A DNA stretch of 64,000 bases from an uncultured virus (IMG/VR IMGVR_UViG_3300043107_000144). Its lineage: Duplodnaviria; Heunggongvirae; Uroviricota; Caudoviricetes. Positions 47,614-56,667 of the stretch are shown here, one piece after another. The notes below the pieces were generated by a model. That model worked only from the letters and a program-made list of their open reading frames with translations. It made no database searches and was not told the origin of the DNA. The stretch's first letter is position 1; each line of letters starts with the position of its first letter. Location of the stretch: the IMG/VR virus record IMGVR_UViG_3300043107_000144. One strand, written 5' to 3'. A program made the translations under genes and the position numbers.

Positions 47614-48835
47614 GTGTCTATATATTGACTGAGTGCACTCAGGTCAATAGTGTATAAATTACACTTATTTGTAGTGGGTATAACGCCCTCCTATGTATCT
47701 AGTGTATCTAGGTATGTAAGGGCGTATTGCAGCGCCCTTTGCAGCCCCAAAAGTGACGCCAAAAAGGGCGCTATCTCCAAAAACACATTTTAAGCGCTTG
47801 TAAGCGACTTTTAAACAGCTAGACTATAAAGAGTATTACCGCACCTACAAAAGTCGCTTATACGGCAAATAAACCGCTAAAAACGGGTATTGTGGCAAAT
47901 GTATGTAAGTAGGTATATTCCTAGCTTGCTTTCCTGCAGATATGTAGGAGGGTGTACAATACCCTCCTAAAAACGCAAACTATATAGTCGTATTGTTCAC
48001 GTTTTTGGGGCGCGTGTACGCCCCGCCCCGCCCTCCTATGTATCAACGGAGGGGGACGCCCCCCAAACAGCCGGCAGCCGCCTCAGCCTCAGCTCACAAA
48101 TTTTTTATTTTTGAAATTTTTTTCTATCTCTTCGTCTAGTTCTGTTTTGCTTGTCTGTTGCCAATGGTAGCATGTATTTGGTACTGCCGATGTTGTTGTT
48201 GTTGCTGATGTTGTTGTTGTTAGTTTTGCTTGTCTACGCAGGAAGTTTTATGGTTGTGGTATTTATGATGGTGTAGTGTATTGTGGTATGTTTATGGATA
48301 TTTTGCTAATGGTATGATGTTGTTGAGTTTGTAAAACTTGATTTGGCGTTGTTTTCTTTCGATTTGCGGGACTTTTTTGCTTTGTGTGGTAAGATGTTCA
48401 CCTTTTGCTTCATTGATGGCTTACGTGGCTTTATTTTGCGTCAGCGGGGAGATTCCCGACAAGGGTGAACAAAGAGGGAGTGCCTTCGTGTGTGGTGTCA
48501 TGGGTTGCTTATGCGAAGGTACGAAGTCTTTGTGAGTTCTTTCGGGAATAGGTCATGGCTGAATTTCTTTTATATATACGTAGTATATATTTTCTTTATA
48601 TAAGTGTATAGTATATAATCTTTACTTTCTTTTGGTTCTTTTCTTTCTTTTCTATATCAAATAAGGATTTTTTGGGTTTGTTTTTGGGGTTTTGGAATTT
48701 CTTTATATCTTTGCTGTTGATTTCAATGACAGTATTAGTATTAAGCTTTGAGTTTGGCTTGCCCGTGAGGGTAGGCCTTCTTCGTATTTGATTATCAGTG
48801 AATTACAACTTTTCTATAAATTTGTCTTCAAATTA

Positions 48836-48867
48836 TTTGGATATATCATTTATTTTTCGTATGTTTG
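48836..48867 (+). promoter_or_regulatory. Promoter for the tRNA / KilA-N transcript
   Basis: TTTG and TATGTTTG just upstream of the tRNA; a second TATCTTTG at 48706-48713. Confidence 0.65.
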
Positions 48868-48876
48868 CTCTCGATA

Positions 48877-48950
48877 TGCGGGATGGAGCAGTAGGTCAGC
48901 TCGTCGGTTTCATAAGCCGGAGGTCGTCGGTTCGAGTCCGTCGCCCGCTA
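48877..48950 (+). tRNA. tRNA-Met(CAT), initiator-like
   Basis: Cloverleaf close to bacterial tRNA-fMet (TGGAGCAG..AGCTCGTCGG.TCATAA..GGTCGTCGGTTCGA); 1:72 mismatch; no encoded CCA. Confidence 0.85.
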
Positions 48951-49055
48951 CGATATATAAGGGCAACCACCACTGCCTGAAAGAAATATATTCAATCAAA
49001 GTCCTCTTGCGAGTGCGTGGTGGCCTCGCTTGGGGACGTTTTTATTTCTGCGTAT

Positions 49056-49829
49056 ATGATTAATTACAAGACTTTTACCTACGAAGGAAACAAGGTAAAC
49101 TTTTCAAAGAGTGCGAGTGGCATTATGGTAAATGCAACGGAGATGGCTAAGCCGTTTGGTAAGAGACCTATTGATTGGCTTCGCTTGCAGTCTACTAAGG
49201 AGTTTATGGATGCGCTGAGTGTTGTGAGGAAATCTCACAACACTATGGTCTATACTAAAAGAGGAAATTTCTCTGACGATACAGAGCAGGGCACATGGTT
49301 CCATCGTGACGTTGCCCTTGAATTTGCCCGTTGGCTCTCTCCTGTCTTTGCTATTTGGTGTAATGATAGAATATATGAATTGCTCACCACGGGGTACACT
49401 ACCATGAATGAGCCGATACGCCAATATGATATTGTCAGCGGCAACGAAAGAGTAACCATCGAGCCTTCCGTTCTTGTGGATGCTATTATCGACGCAGATG
49501 GCGATAAAGGTTTCAAGAAGGTTGCTGGTTCAATCATGCTTACTAACGGACGAAAAATGACGCAGCCACAATTTCTTTCATGGTTGCATGATAATGGCTA
49601 TCTTTGTGAGCAGGATGGATTGAAGCATTATCCGACAGAGAAGGCTCTTTATGAAGGTGTGATTATGATTAAGAAGCCGGCAACGGAAATACGTTATGAC
49701 CGCCCCGTCAGACTAAGACAGAGCAAGATACGTGTTACACCGAAGGGCTTTATATATTTCGTGCAGACACTTTCTCATCCTCTGCCTAATGCTATCGGTG
49801 TTCATCCAGAACGGAAGTCTATTGAATAA
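49056..49829 (+). CDS. KilA-N domain protein with antirepressor-like C-terminus
   Basis: VNATEMAKPFGKRPIDWLRL...GTWFHRDVALEFARWLSP; C-terminal VTPKGFIYF; start MINYKTF. Confidence 0.85.
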   Translation: MINYKTFTYEGNKVNFSKSASGIMVNATEMAKPFGKRPIDWLRLQSTKEFMDALSVVRKSHNTMVYTKRGNFSDDTEQGTWFHRDVALEFARWLSPVFAIWCNDRIYELLTTGYTTMNEPIRQYDIVSGNERVTIEPSVLVDAIIDADGDKGFKKVAGSIMLTNGRKMTQPQFLSWLHDNGYLCEQDGLKHYPTEKALYEGVIMIKKPATEIRYDRPVRLRQSKIRVTPKGFIYFVQTLSHPLPNAIGVHPERKSIE

Positions 49830-49982
49830 AACTGGCTTCGATGATTAACAGACTATTATTAACCAATAAATAAGAACGTATATGAAAAGATACATCCTCT
49901 GGCTTCTCTTTGGTGATAGACGAAGGAGCCTTATTTTTCTTACTGCTTTATTAACTGACATGCTTCTATTCAGGTCGCTGTT

Positions 49983-50741
49983 ATGAAGACGATAAGAGTA
50001 TTTGAGGCTTTTGCCGGCTATGGAAGTCAGGCGATGGCATTGAAGAGATTGGAGAAGGAGTTTCCCGACAAGGTACATTTTGAGTTTGTGGGTATCTCGG
50101 AGATAGACTCTAATCCGATTAAGGCTTATGCCGCCGTTCATGGAGATACCCCGAATTACGGTGACATCAGCAAGATAGATTGGTCGAATGTGCCTGATTT
50201 TGACCTGTTTACTTACAGTGCGCCCTGTACGGACATTTCAGCCGCCGGCAAGCAAGCAGGGTTTGAAGAGGGCAGCGGTACACGTTCATCCCTCCTTTGG
50301 GAATGTAAGAGAACCATCGAGGCGAAGCACCCGAAATACCTTATCATGGAAAATGTCAAGGCAATCACGCAGAAGAAATTCCTTCCGTTCTTTCGTATGT
50401 GGCAGGAATGGTTGAGCGGTCAGGGCTATGTAAATTTCTATAAGGTACTTAATGCCAAAGATTACGGGGTACCTCAAAACAGAGAACGTTGCTTCATGGT
50501 AAGCATACTGGACGAGAACGCCACCTTTGAGTTCCCGAAACCTTTTGAGCTTGAAAGGCGATTGAAGGATGTATTGGAGGATAATGTGGATGAGGGTTAT
50601 TATTTAAGTCCGCAGCAGGTGGAAAGAATCGTAGCCCATTGCGACAGAAAGGTGGCTGAAGGCTGCGGCTTCAAGACTAATTTTACCCCCCCAAGGAATC
50701 AGCGGGGCAATCAAGACAAGAGAAGGACAAAGAGAGTATGA
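49983..50741 (+). CDS. C5-cytosine DNA methyltransferase, catalytic N-terminal part ending just after a C7 tract
   Basis: FEAFAGYG (motif I), SAPCTDIS (IV), MENV (VI), PQNRERCF (VIII). Confidence 0.9.
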   Translation: MKTIRVFEAFAGYGSQAMALKRLEKEFPDKVHFEFVGISEIDSNPIKAYAAVHGDTPNYGDISKIDWSNVPDFDLFTYSAPCTDISAAGKQAGFEEGSGTRSSLLWECKRTIEAKHPKYLIMENVKAITQKKFLPFFRMWQEWLSGQGYVNFYKVLNAKDYGVPQNRERCFMVSILDENATFEFPKPFELERRLKDVLEDNVDEGYYLSPQQVERIVAHCDRKVAEGCGFKTNFTPPRNQRGNQDKRRTKRV

Positions 50742-50914
50742 CACCTACCTTAAAGAACCGTGTGGAGGTAGTAGGGAAGATAAGCAGCTCACAGGACGGA
50801 GTGGTGATAAGTCCGCAGGGGATAGCACCGACGCATACGAGCGGACACGGCAACTGCCCGAAGGTAATGTTAAGAGATTATGAAAGTTCAAGAAGCGATA
50901 AACGTAGACAATGA
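50692..50914 (+). other. Out-of-frame methyltransferase variable-region modules
   Basis: +1 frame QGISGAIKTREGQREYDTYLKEP (open to 50883); +2 frame VEVVGKISSSQDGVVISPQGIAPTHTSGHGNCPKV (open to 50914). Confidence 0.7.
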
Positions 50915-51428
50915 GGGCTGTGCATATACTGTTACCGGAAGGTACTCAGCCATGTGCGCCACGAACGTCATGGGAGGAGGCCATTACCCAATGACCGCTG
51001 TATGCGTAAGGGATGAAGGAATACCACCCCTACCAAAAAAATTAGACATTAAAAGAGAAAAGAAGAATGCCATGAAAGAAGACAAAGAACCCATTACGTG
51101 CGCTCCAAGAAAGAGAGGCGAAGAGCACAAACTGGAAACAGGCGGGAATATAGCCGGTTCCATTACCACTATCGCTACTGACAGTATGGTGACAGAGCCT
51201 AGCGAGCCTGAATACCGAATAAGAAAGCTCACGCCTCGCGAGTGCTTCCGCCTGATGGACGTATCGGACGAGGATATTGACAAGATACAGGCAGCTGGGA
51301 TAAGCAAGAGCCAACAGTATAAATTGGCCGGCAATTCAATCGTTTGCTCAGTTTTGTATCATATCTTCAAGGCGATGTTTATCGAGCAGGTACAGCCGAC
51401 AGAGCCAAGACAATTAGAACTATTTTAA
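50880..51428 (+). CDS. C5 methyltransferase C-terminal part (two variable modules plus motifs IX-X)
   Basis: RIRKLTPRECFRLM (IX), QYKLAGNSIV (X). Confidence 0.88.
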   Translation: MKVQEAINVDNEGCAYTVTGRYSAMCATNVMGGGHYPMTAVCVRDEGIPPLPKKLDIKREKKNAMKEDKEPITCAPRKRGEEHKLETGGNIAGSITTIATDSMVTEPSEPEYRIRKLTPRECFRLMDVSDEDIDKIQAAGISKSQQYKLAGNSIVCSVLYHIFKAMFIEQVQPTEPRQLELF

Positions 51429-51439
51429 AAAAATATATC

Positions 51440-52325
51440 ATGGAAACATTTGGAAAGATAAACCTGATTCACGGAGACTGCATGGATTACCTTCGCTCTC
51501 TTCCAGACAACGCATTTTCGTTAACGTGCGTAGACCCGCCATACTCTGATGGTAAACTGCATGATAATCAGCAGGTTATTGAAGAAATAGGGGGGGTACG
51601 CAGGAGTGGCGGAAGCTGGTTCACGAAGTATCAGCGAAAGATACAACCGCTTCGGCAGCAAGGACAGCCGATTCGAGCGGTACAAGCGGAGTTTGCCGCA
51701 GCCTTACGGGCAGGTTCGGAAGGTACAGGAGGAATTTACCCCCCCCCAACAGTCTATGGAAGAATCTGAAAATGAAGAATATACAGAAATAAGAAACTGC
51801 CGCGGAAGGTTCAAGAAATATGAGCCTGATAGCGACAAAGAAAAGTCAACGACCGGTATCTGGTGGGACGTTGCACCGTCACCTGAATACTTCAAAGAAC
51901 TTTTTCGCGTATCAAAGAATCAGATAATATGGGGAGCCAACTACTTTCCTAATATGCCGCCCACACGGTGCTTCCTTGTATGGAGAAAGCTCACCATATC
52001 AGAGAAGTTCTCGATGGCGATGGCCGAGTACGCATGGACGAGCTTCGACAGGAATGCCAAGGTCTTTGAGTGCGCCCCGCAGGGGAAGAAGAATGACCCG
52101 CGTTTTCATCCAACGGCAAAACCTATCGAGCTATATGCGTGGATATTCAACAACTTCTGCAAGGAAGGAGATACGATACTTGATACCCACTTGGGTAGTG
52201 GTTCATCAGCCATTGCCGCCCATGAGCTTGGGTACGATTTTACCGGTATCGAGATAGACGATGAGTATTATCAGAAGGCAAAGGAGCGGCTTATCAGGTA
52301 TCAGAGCCAGTTATCTCTCTTCTAA
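51440..52325 (+). CDS. N6/N4 (beta-class) DNA methyltransferase, split across frames by G7 and C9 tracts
   Basis: GDCMD...DPPY in the 51440 frame; WDVAP, HPTAKP and ILDTHLGSGS in the 51606 frame. Confidence 0.88.
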
Positions 52326-52376
52326 ATCATTGATTTACAGCGTATATAAAACTTTTTGAAATTTTTACTCAAAAGT

Positions 52377-52409
52377 TTTGGATAATTGAAGAAATATTTT
52401 ATATCTTTG
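52377..52409 (+). promoter_or_regulatory. Bacteroidota promoter
   Basis: TTTG 52377-52380 and TATCTTTG 52402-52409. Confidence 0.7.
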
Positions 52410-52439
52410 CACTATACAAATTTAAAGATTTAATACACC

Positions 52440-52871
52440 ATGAATTTATCACTATCAATCGACCTTACCTCGCTTTCAAATGCGCAGGTACAGAACGCAC
52501 AGGACGGGACAGCGGTGCTGATAATCCCCATCCAGCAGAATGATTTGTTTGTTTCCGAGAGAGGCAGGGTTTATCTCACTGTTGACGCTTGGGAGAACAG
52601 AATGGGACAAGACCAATATGGCAATACCCATGAGGTAAAACAACACTATTCGCAGGCTAAGCGTGCTACTCTTCCACAGGGTGTTTACCCCCCGAAGGTT
52701 GGAAAGGGAAAGGTAATCCTGACGAAAGCGGAAAGAGAAGCGCAGAATGCAGCTTCGGCAGGCTATAAGCAGACCACTGGCCCTGCTGGATACGTACCGG
52801 CAACGGAACCGAGAATGCAGTACAGTCAGCCGCAGCAACAGCAATCACAGAACAATGATATGCCATTTTAA
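52440..52871 (+). CDS. Putative single-stranded DNA-binding protein
   Basis: Beta-rich N-terminus, Q-rich linker, acidic DMPF C-terminus. Confidence 0.6.
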   Translation: MNLSLSIDLTSLSNAQVQNAQDGTAVLIIPIQQNDLFVSERGRVYLTVDAWENRMGQDQYGNTHEVKQHYSQAKRATLPQGVYPPKVGKGKVILTKAEREAQNAASAGYKQTTGPAGYVPATEPRMQYSQPQQQQSQNNDMPF

Positions 52872-52880
52872 TACGGAAAT

Positions 52881-53306
52881 ATGAAAGTAAAGATTAAGAG
52901 ATTAAATGAATCGGCCGTAGTGCCTAAGTATCAGGTAGAAGGCGATGCAGGAATGGACTTGGTGGCGACCTCCCGAAGCGTGGACGATAAAGGAAACATC
53001 GTCTACGGAACAGGGTTGGCCTTTGAGATTCCAAAAGGCTACGTAGGTCTTATCTTTCCTCGTTCTTCACTCTCCAAGTACGGTCTTATGCTTACCAATC
53101 ACGTAGGTGTTATCGACAGCGGATACAGGGGCGAGGTAACAGCAAAATTCAAGGTCATTTCAGGCAATCCTGAAATATACAAGGTTGGCGACCGTATCGC
53201 ACAGATGATTATCATGCCATACCCAAAGGTCGAGTTCACTGAGACGGACGTTCTCTCTGACAGTGAAAGAGGCACCGGCGGATATGGCTCGACTGGAAGT
53301 AAGTAA
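52881..53306 (+). CDS. dut: dUTPase (trimeric)
   Basis: AGMDL, PRSS, GVIDSGYRGE, RIAQ, RGTGGYGSTG. Confidence 0.95.
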   Translation: MKVKIKRLNESAVVPKYQVEGDAGMDLVATSRSVDDKGNIVYGTGLAFEIPKGYVGLIFPRSSLSKYGLMLTNHVGVIDSGYRGEVTAKFKVISGNPEIYKVGDRIAQMIIMPYPKVEFTETDVLSDSERGTGGYGSTGSK

Positions 53307-53327
53307 TACATCAAAATAAGAGAAGAT

Positions 53328-55289
53328 ATGAAAAAGATTACATTAAAGAAACTCTCTCTGGAGAACTGGCGAGGACAAAGTGTATCGCTCAGCTTCTCTT
53401 CGGAGATTACGGAAGTCCGCGCAAAGAACGGAGCCGGGAAGTCTACGCTGTTCAGTGCGTGGGTATGGCTCCTTTGCGGAGTGGACTTTAGAGACAATGC
53501 CAACTTCGAGCTCTTCAACAAGCGCGAAGAGGTATCAAAGGATACACCTGCTGCTACCGTAGAGGCGGAGATTGACGTTGACGGAACAATGTTCACGATT
53601 AAACGCTCTGCCAAGTCGCAGTGGACCAGACCTCGCGGAAAGGATGAGTGGGTAAAATCACCTTCTGACAAATACTCCTTCTTCGTGGACGGAGTTGAGT
53701 ATCAGGCAAAGCAGTATCAGGATTTTATCTCGCAGCTGTTCATGGGTCAGGATGCAGACATGATAAAGATGATGGTAAACCCGAATCAGAGCCAGTGTCT
53801 TGAGTGGAAAACACTCCGCAAGATGTTTCAGCGCATTATTGGCGAGATAACGGAGGGCGACTATGAGGGCGACTACTCGCTTATCGAAGAGAGTATCAGA
53901 CAGCACGGATTTGACATCGCCAAGCAGTCGGTTGTGAGAAGCGTGAGCGACCTTAACAAATCACTTGCTGCCATTGCTTCCGACATCAGCGCAAAAGCCA
54001 AGACCCTGCCCGACCTTACCAAGTGCGATGAGGCGCAGCGCCAGATAGAAGAGAAGAAGGCACGCATTGCCGATATTGACCGTGAGCTGCTTGGCGCCGG
54101 TGAGAAGAATATCCCGTTTATCGAAAAGAGAAAGCAGGAGGAAGAGGCGATAAGACTTAAAGAGCAGGAGATAAAGAAGGCCAAGGAGGACTACTATAAG
54201 AAGGTGGATGAATCCATCAGCGAGGTCAAGAAGGCCTATGAGGATGCCGAGAGTGAGAGCCGCAAGGTTGTCTTCTTCAACCGTGAACTGGAAGGAAGGA
54301 TACGTGAGCTTCAGGCCGATATTTCATCCCTAAAGTCCGATATTGAATACCTTTCCGAGTCAAGAGATGAGCTACTGAAGCAGAAGGAGGCTGTAAAGAG
54401 CCGCACCTTCGTATATAACGATACGTGTCCTACGTGCGGACAGACCCTTCCCTACGATGAGAAAGCCATCAGTGAAGCCCGTATGCGCTTTAATGACGCA
54501 AAGGAGAAGGAAGTGGAACTGGTTGTTTTCAAGGGCAAGAAGGTTCGCTCCCAGCTCGATGAGAGAAAGGCTCGTCTCGAAGATGCGGAGGCAAAACTTC
54601 CAACTCTTGTGAGAAAAGAACCGGTAGACTACTCCGCTTTGAAAGAGAAGTATGAGACCGCACGTGCGTCCGTTGTCAGCTTTGAGGATACCGATGAGTA
54701 TAAGAAGCTGGCGGAAGAGCTTTCCTGTATGCAGGATAACCGCACGGAGATTCCGCAGATGGATGACATGAGCGCCATTACGGAAGAGAAGAGTCGGCTA
54801 CTTAACGAAGTCCAGACCCTCTCCGAGATTACCGCCTACCGCTCTATCCATGAGAAGATTTCTCTTGATATAGAGAAAAGAGAGAAGGAGAGAAAGGCTA
54901 CAGCGCAGGCTCTTGCCACGCAGGAACAGGCACTGATGAAGTATCAGGAAAAAGAGCGTGAGCATGCCAATATCATCTCCACAAGGGTGAATAAGTTCCT
55001 TAAAATCGCCAACGTGAAGATGCAGTCCCTGACAAAGGGCGGAGAATACGTTGACTGCTGCGTTGTTACGTGCGACGAGGTGGGGAAGACCATGAACCAT
55101 GCCTCCGAGATACGAATCGGTGTGGATGTGGCGAGCGCCTTCCAGAGATACTTTTCCATCAGTGCGCCTATCTTTGTTGATGAGGTGGACTGTATCGCGG
55201 AAGAACTTATCCCTGAAACGGATGGGCAGCAGATACGCCTTCGCTTTGACAAGACGTATGAGACTTTGACTGTAATGTGTGTTGATTGA
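53328..55289 (+). CDS. SMC/Rad50-like coiled-coil ATPase
   Basis: Walker A NGAGKST, coiled coil with CPTCGQ hook, Walker B IFVDE. Confidence 0.85.
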   Translation: MKKITLKKLSLENWRGQSVSLSFSSEITEVRAKNGAGKSTLFSAWVWLLCGVDFRDNANFELFNKREEVSKDTPAATVEAEIDVDGTMFTIKRSAKSQWTRPRGKDEWVKSPSDKYSFFVDGVEYQAKQYQDFISQLFMGQDADMIKMMVNPNQSQCLEWKTLRKMFQRIIGEITEGDYEGDYSLIEESIRQHGFDIAKQSVVRSVSDLNKSLAAIASDISAKAKTLPDLTKCDEAQRQIEEKKARIADIDRELLGAGEKNIPFIEKRKQEEEAIRLKEQEIKKAKEDYYKKVDESISEVKKAYEDAESESRKVVFFNRELEGRIRELQADISSLKSDIEYLSESRDELLKQKEAVKSRTFVYNDTCPTCGQTLPYDEKAISEARMRFNDAKEKEVELVVFKGKKVRSQLDERKARLEDAEAKLPTLVRKEPVDYSALKEKYETARASVVSFEDTDEYKKLAEELSCMQDNRTEIPQMDDMSAITEEKSRLLNEVQTLSEITAYRSIHEKISLDIEKREKERKATAQALATQEQALMKYQEKEREHANIISTRVNKFLKIANVKMQSLTKGGEYVDCCVVTCDEVGKTMNHASEIRIGVDVASAFQRYFSISAPIFVDEVDCIAEELIPETDGQQIRLRFDKTYETLTVMCVD

Positions 55290-55304
55290 TTATATATTTG
55301 ACAA

Positions 55305-56114
55305 ATGGCGAATTTCTATTGTACGCTTTTATTGAGCCGCCTACCGTATTCGTTTACGGAGAGACGTGTGGTAAATGGTAAGGAGCAACCCTGCATTGTA
55401 GTACCTATTGATGATGGCCAGCTCTTCTACACCAATAGAAAGGAGCTGTTTGTCAAATTTATAGCCAAGGAGAACGATTTCATCGACGAGAATAATATCA
55501 CCCACCGGCTCGCCCTGATGTATCACTCGCAGGAGGATATTGAAAGGGCAAGAAGGGAAGGGTACAGAAACTTAACGGAGAAGATTGGTCTGCTTCGACC
55601 GCTGCTTGAAGGAAAGACGAGAAACTACTCTAATGAGGAGGCAACGGATATATACATCAAAGGATATATCTGTCTTGATGATGTAAGGAATGATGATATA
55701 GAGATGTCCCCATATACGGGAGTAAAGTCCATTAAGTGCAACTTCAAGACGGTGCGTGGTGATGGCACACCTGTTTTTCTTGCTGGCAGCATAAACGTAA
55801 GCGATATTATTGAATCGGATATTATAACCAACTATAAAACGGGAAGACGCAATGTTCCCGTTGTCATGAAGCGTATGGAACTACAAGACAGTTTAAAGAA
55901 CACGCATATACTTTGCGTTGTAAGGCCCGACGGTGGAGAGGTGGAGATTGGACGCTTCCGTGAGTTTAAGGAAGCAACGAAAATCAGCAAGCGAATCGTT
56001 GGTATTCAGAACCAGTTGCCAGCAGCCGGCAGCAGCGAGCCTGTCATACCAACAGAGCAGGAAAGAGATTTGCCGCCCACTACACCAATTATGATTGACG
56101 GATATAATTTCTAA
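55305..56114 (+). CDS. Hypothetical protein, possibly tandem domains related to 52440-52871
   Basis: CIVVPIDDGQLF/THRL resembles VLIIPIQQNDLF/THEV. Confidence 0.5.
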   Translation: MANFYCTLLLSRLPYSFTERRVVNGKEQPCIVVPIDDGQLFYTNRKELFVKFIAKENDFIDENNITHRLALMYHSQEDIERARREGYRNLTEKIGLLRPLLEGKTRNYSNEEATDIYIKGYICLDDVRNDDIEMSPYTGVKSIKCNFKTVRGDGTPVFLAGSINVSDIIESDIITNYKTGRRNVPVVMKRMELQDSLKNTHILCVVRPDGGEVEIGRFREFKEATKISKRIVGIQNQLPAAGSSEPVIPTEQERDLPPTTPIMIDGYNF

Positions 56115-56136
56115 CAACCATTAATTTTAAGACTAT

Positions 56137-56553
56137 ATGAAATATGAAGTAAAAATGTCGCTGCTTGAAATGACTGAAAAGGGCAGAAAGAAGAGAGTAT
56201 CACATCTATTCCTTGTGGAAGCACTTAGCATTGTCGAGGCTGTTGCAAAGGCTACGAAAGAGGAGGCGCAGTACGGAGCGGAAGAGCTTGACTGTCTGGC
56301 AGGCAAAGCGGTAAACTACACAGATGTAATCCTCTCCAAGGACGCAGAGAAGTTCTATAAGGTAAAGGTATCTTATATGGATTCTATTGGCGAAGACTTG
56401 AAGGAGAAGAAGGTATCTCAGTATTTCATTGTTCAGGCAGAGACGCTTGACGCAGCCAAGAAGATTATAGAGGAGGGTATCAGCACTTGGATGGTTGAAG
56501 CCTACATCGAATCCATTAACGAGACGAGCATATACGATTACATATCAGAGTAG
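56137..56553 (+). CDS. DUF4494-like protein
   Basis: KGRKKRVSHLFLVEALSIVEA...FYKVKV...IVQAET pattern. Confidence 0.65.
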   Translation: MKYEVKMSLLEMTEKGRKKRVSHLFLVEALSIVEAVAKATKEEAQYGAEELDCLAGKAVNYTDVILSKDAEKFYKVKVSYMDSIGEDLKEKKVSQYFIVQAETLDAAKKIIEEGISTWMVEAYIESINETSIYDYISE

Positions 56554-56602
56554 ACAGATTTTGTGAATGATATTCATATTCCTGTAATTGATTATTATGG
56601 TT

Positions 56603-56637
56603 GTGCACCGGTTCGTGAGAATAGGTGCATTTTTCTT
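56603..56637 (+). terminator. Intrinsic terminator
   Basis: TGCACC..TTC-GTGA-GAA..GGTGCA followed by T run. Confidence 0.65.
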
Positions 56638-56667
56638 CATGGATATGTTTTATAACATATAAAATAA

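Larger units (their letters stand above)
46478..47665. promoter_or_regulatory. Four operator-like palindromes AGTGTA-N5-TACACT
   Basis: Copies at 46478-46498, 46523-46543, 46603-46623 and 47649-47665. Confidence 0.7.

Noticed and set aside
48788..49063. ORFs overlapping the tRNA
   Set aside because: The region is explained by the promoter, tRNA and structured leader.
52686..52693. TACCCCCC in the SSB-like gene as another switch
   Set aside because: Only C6, the gene is intact and in frame, and no alternative module is evident.
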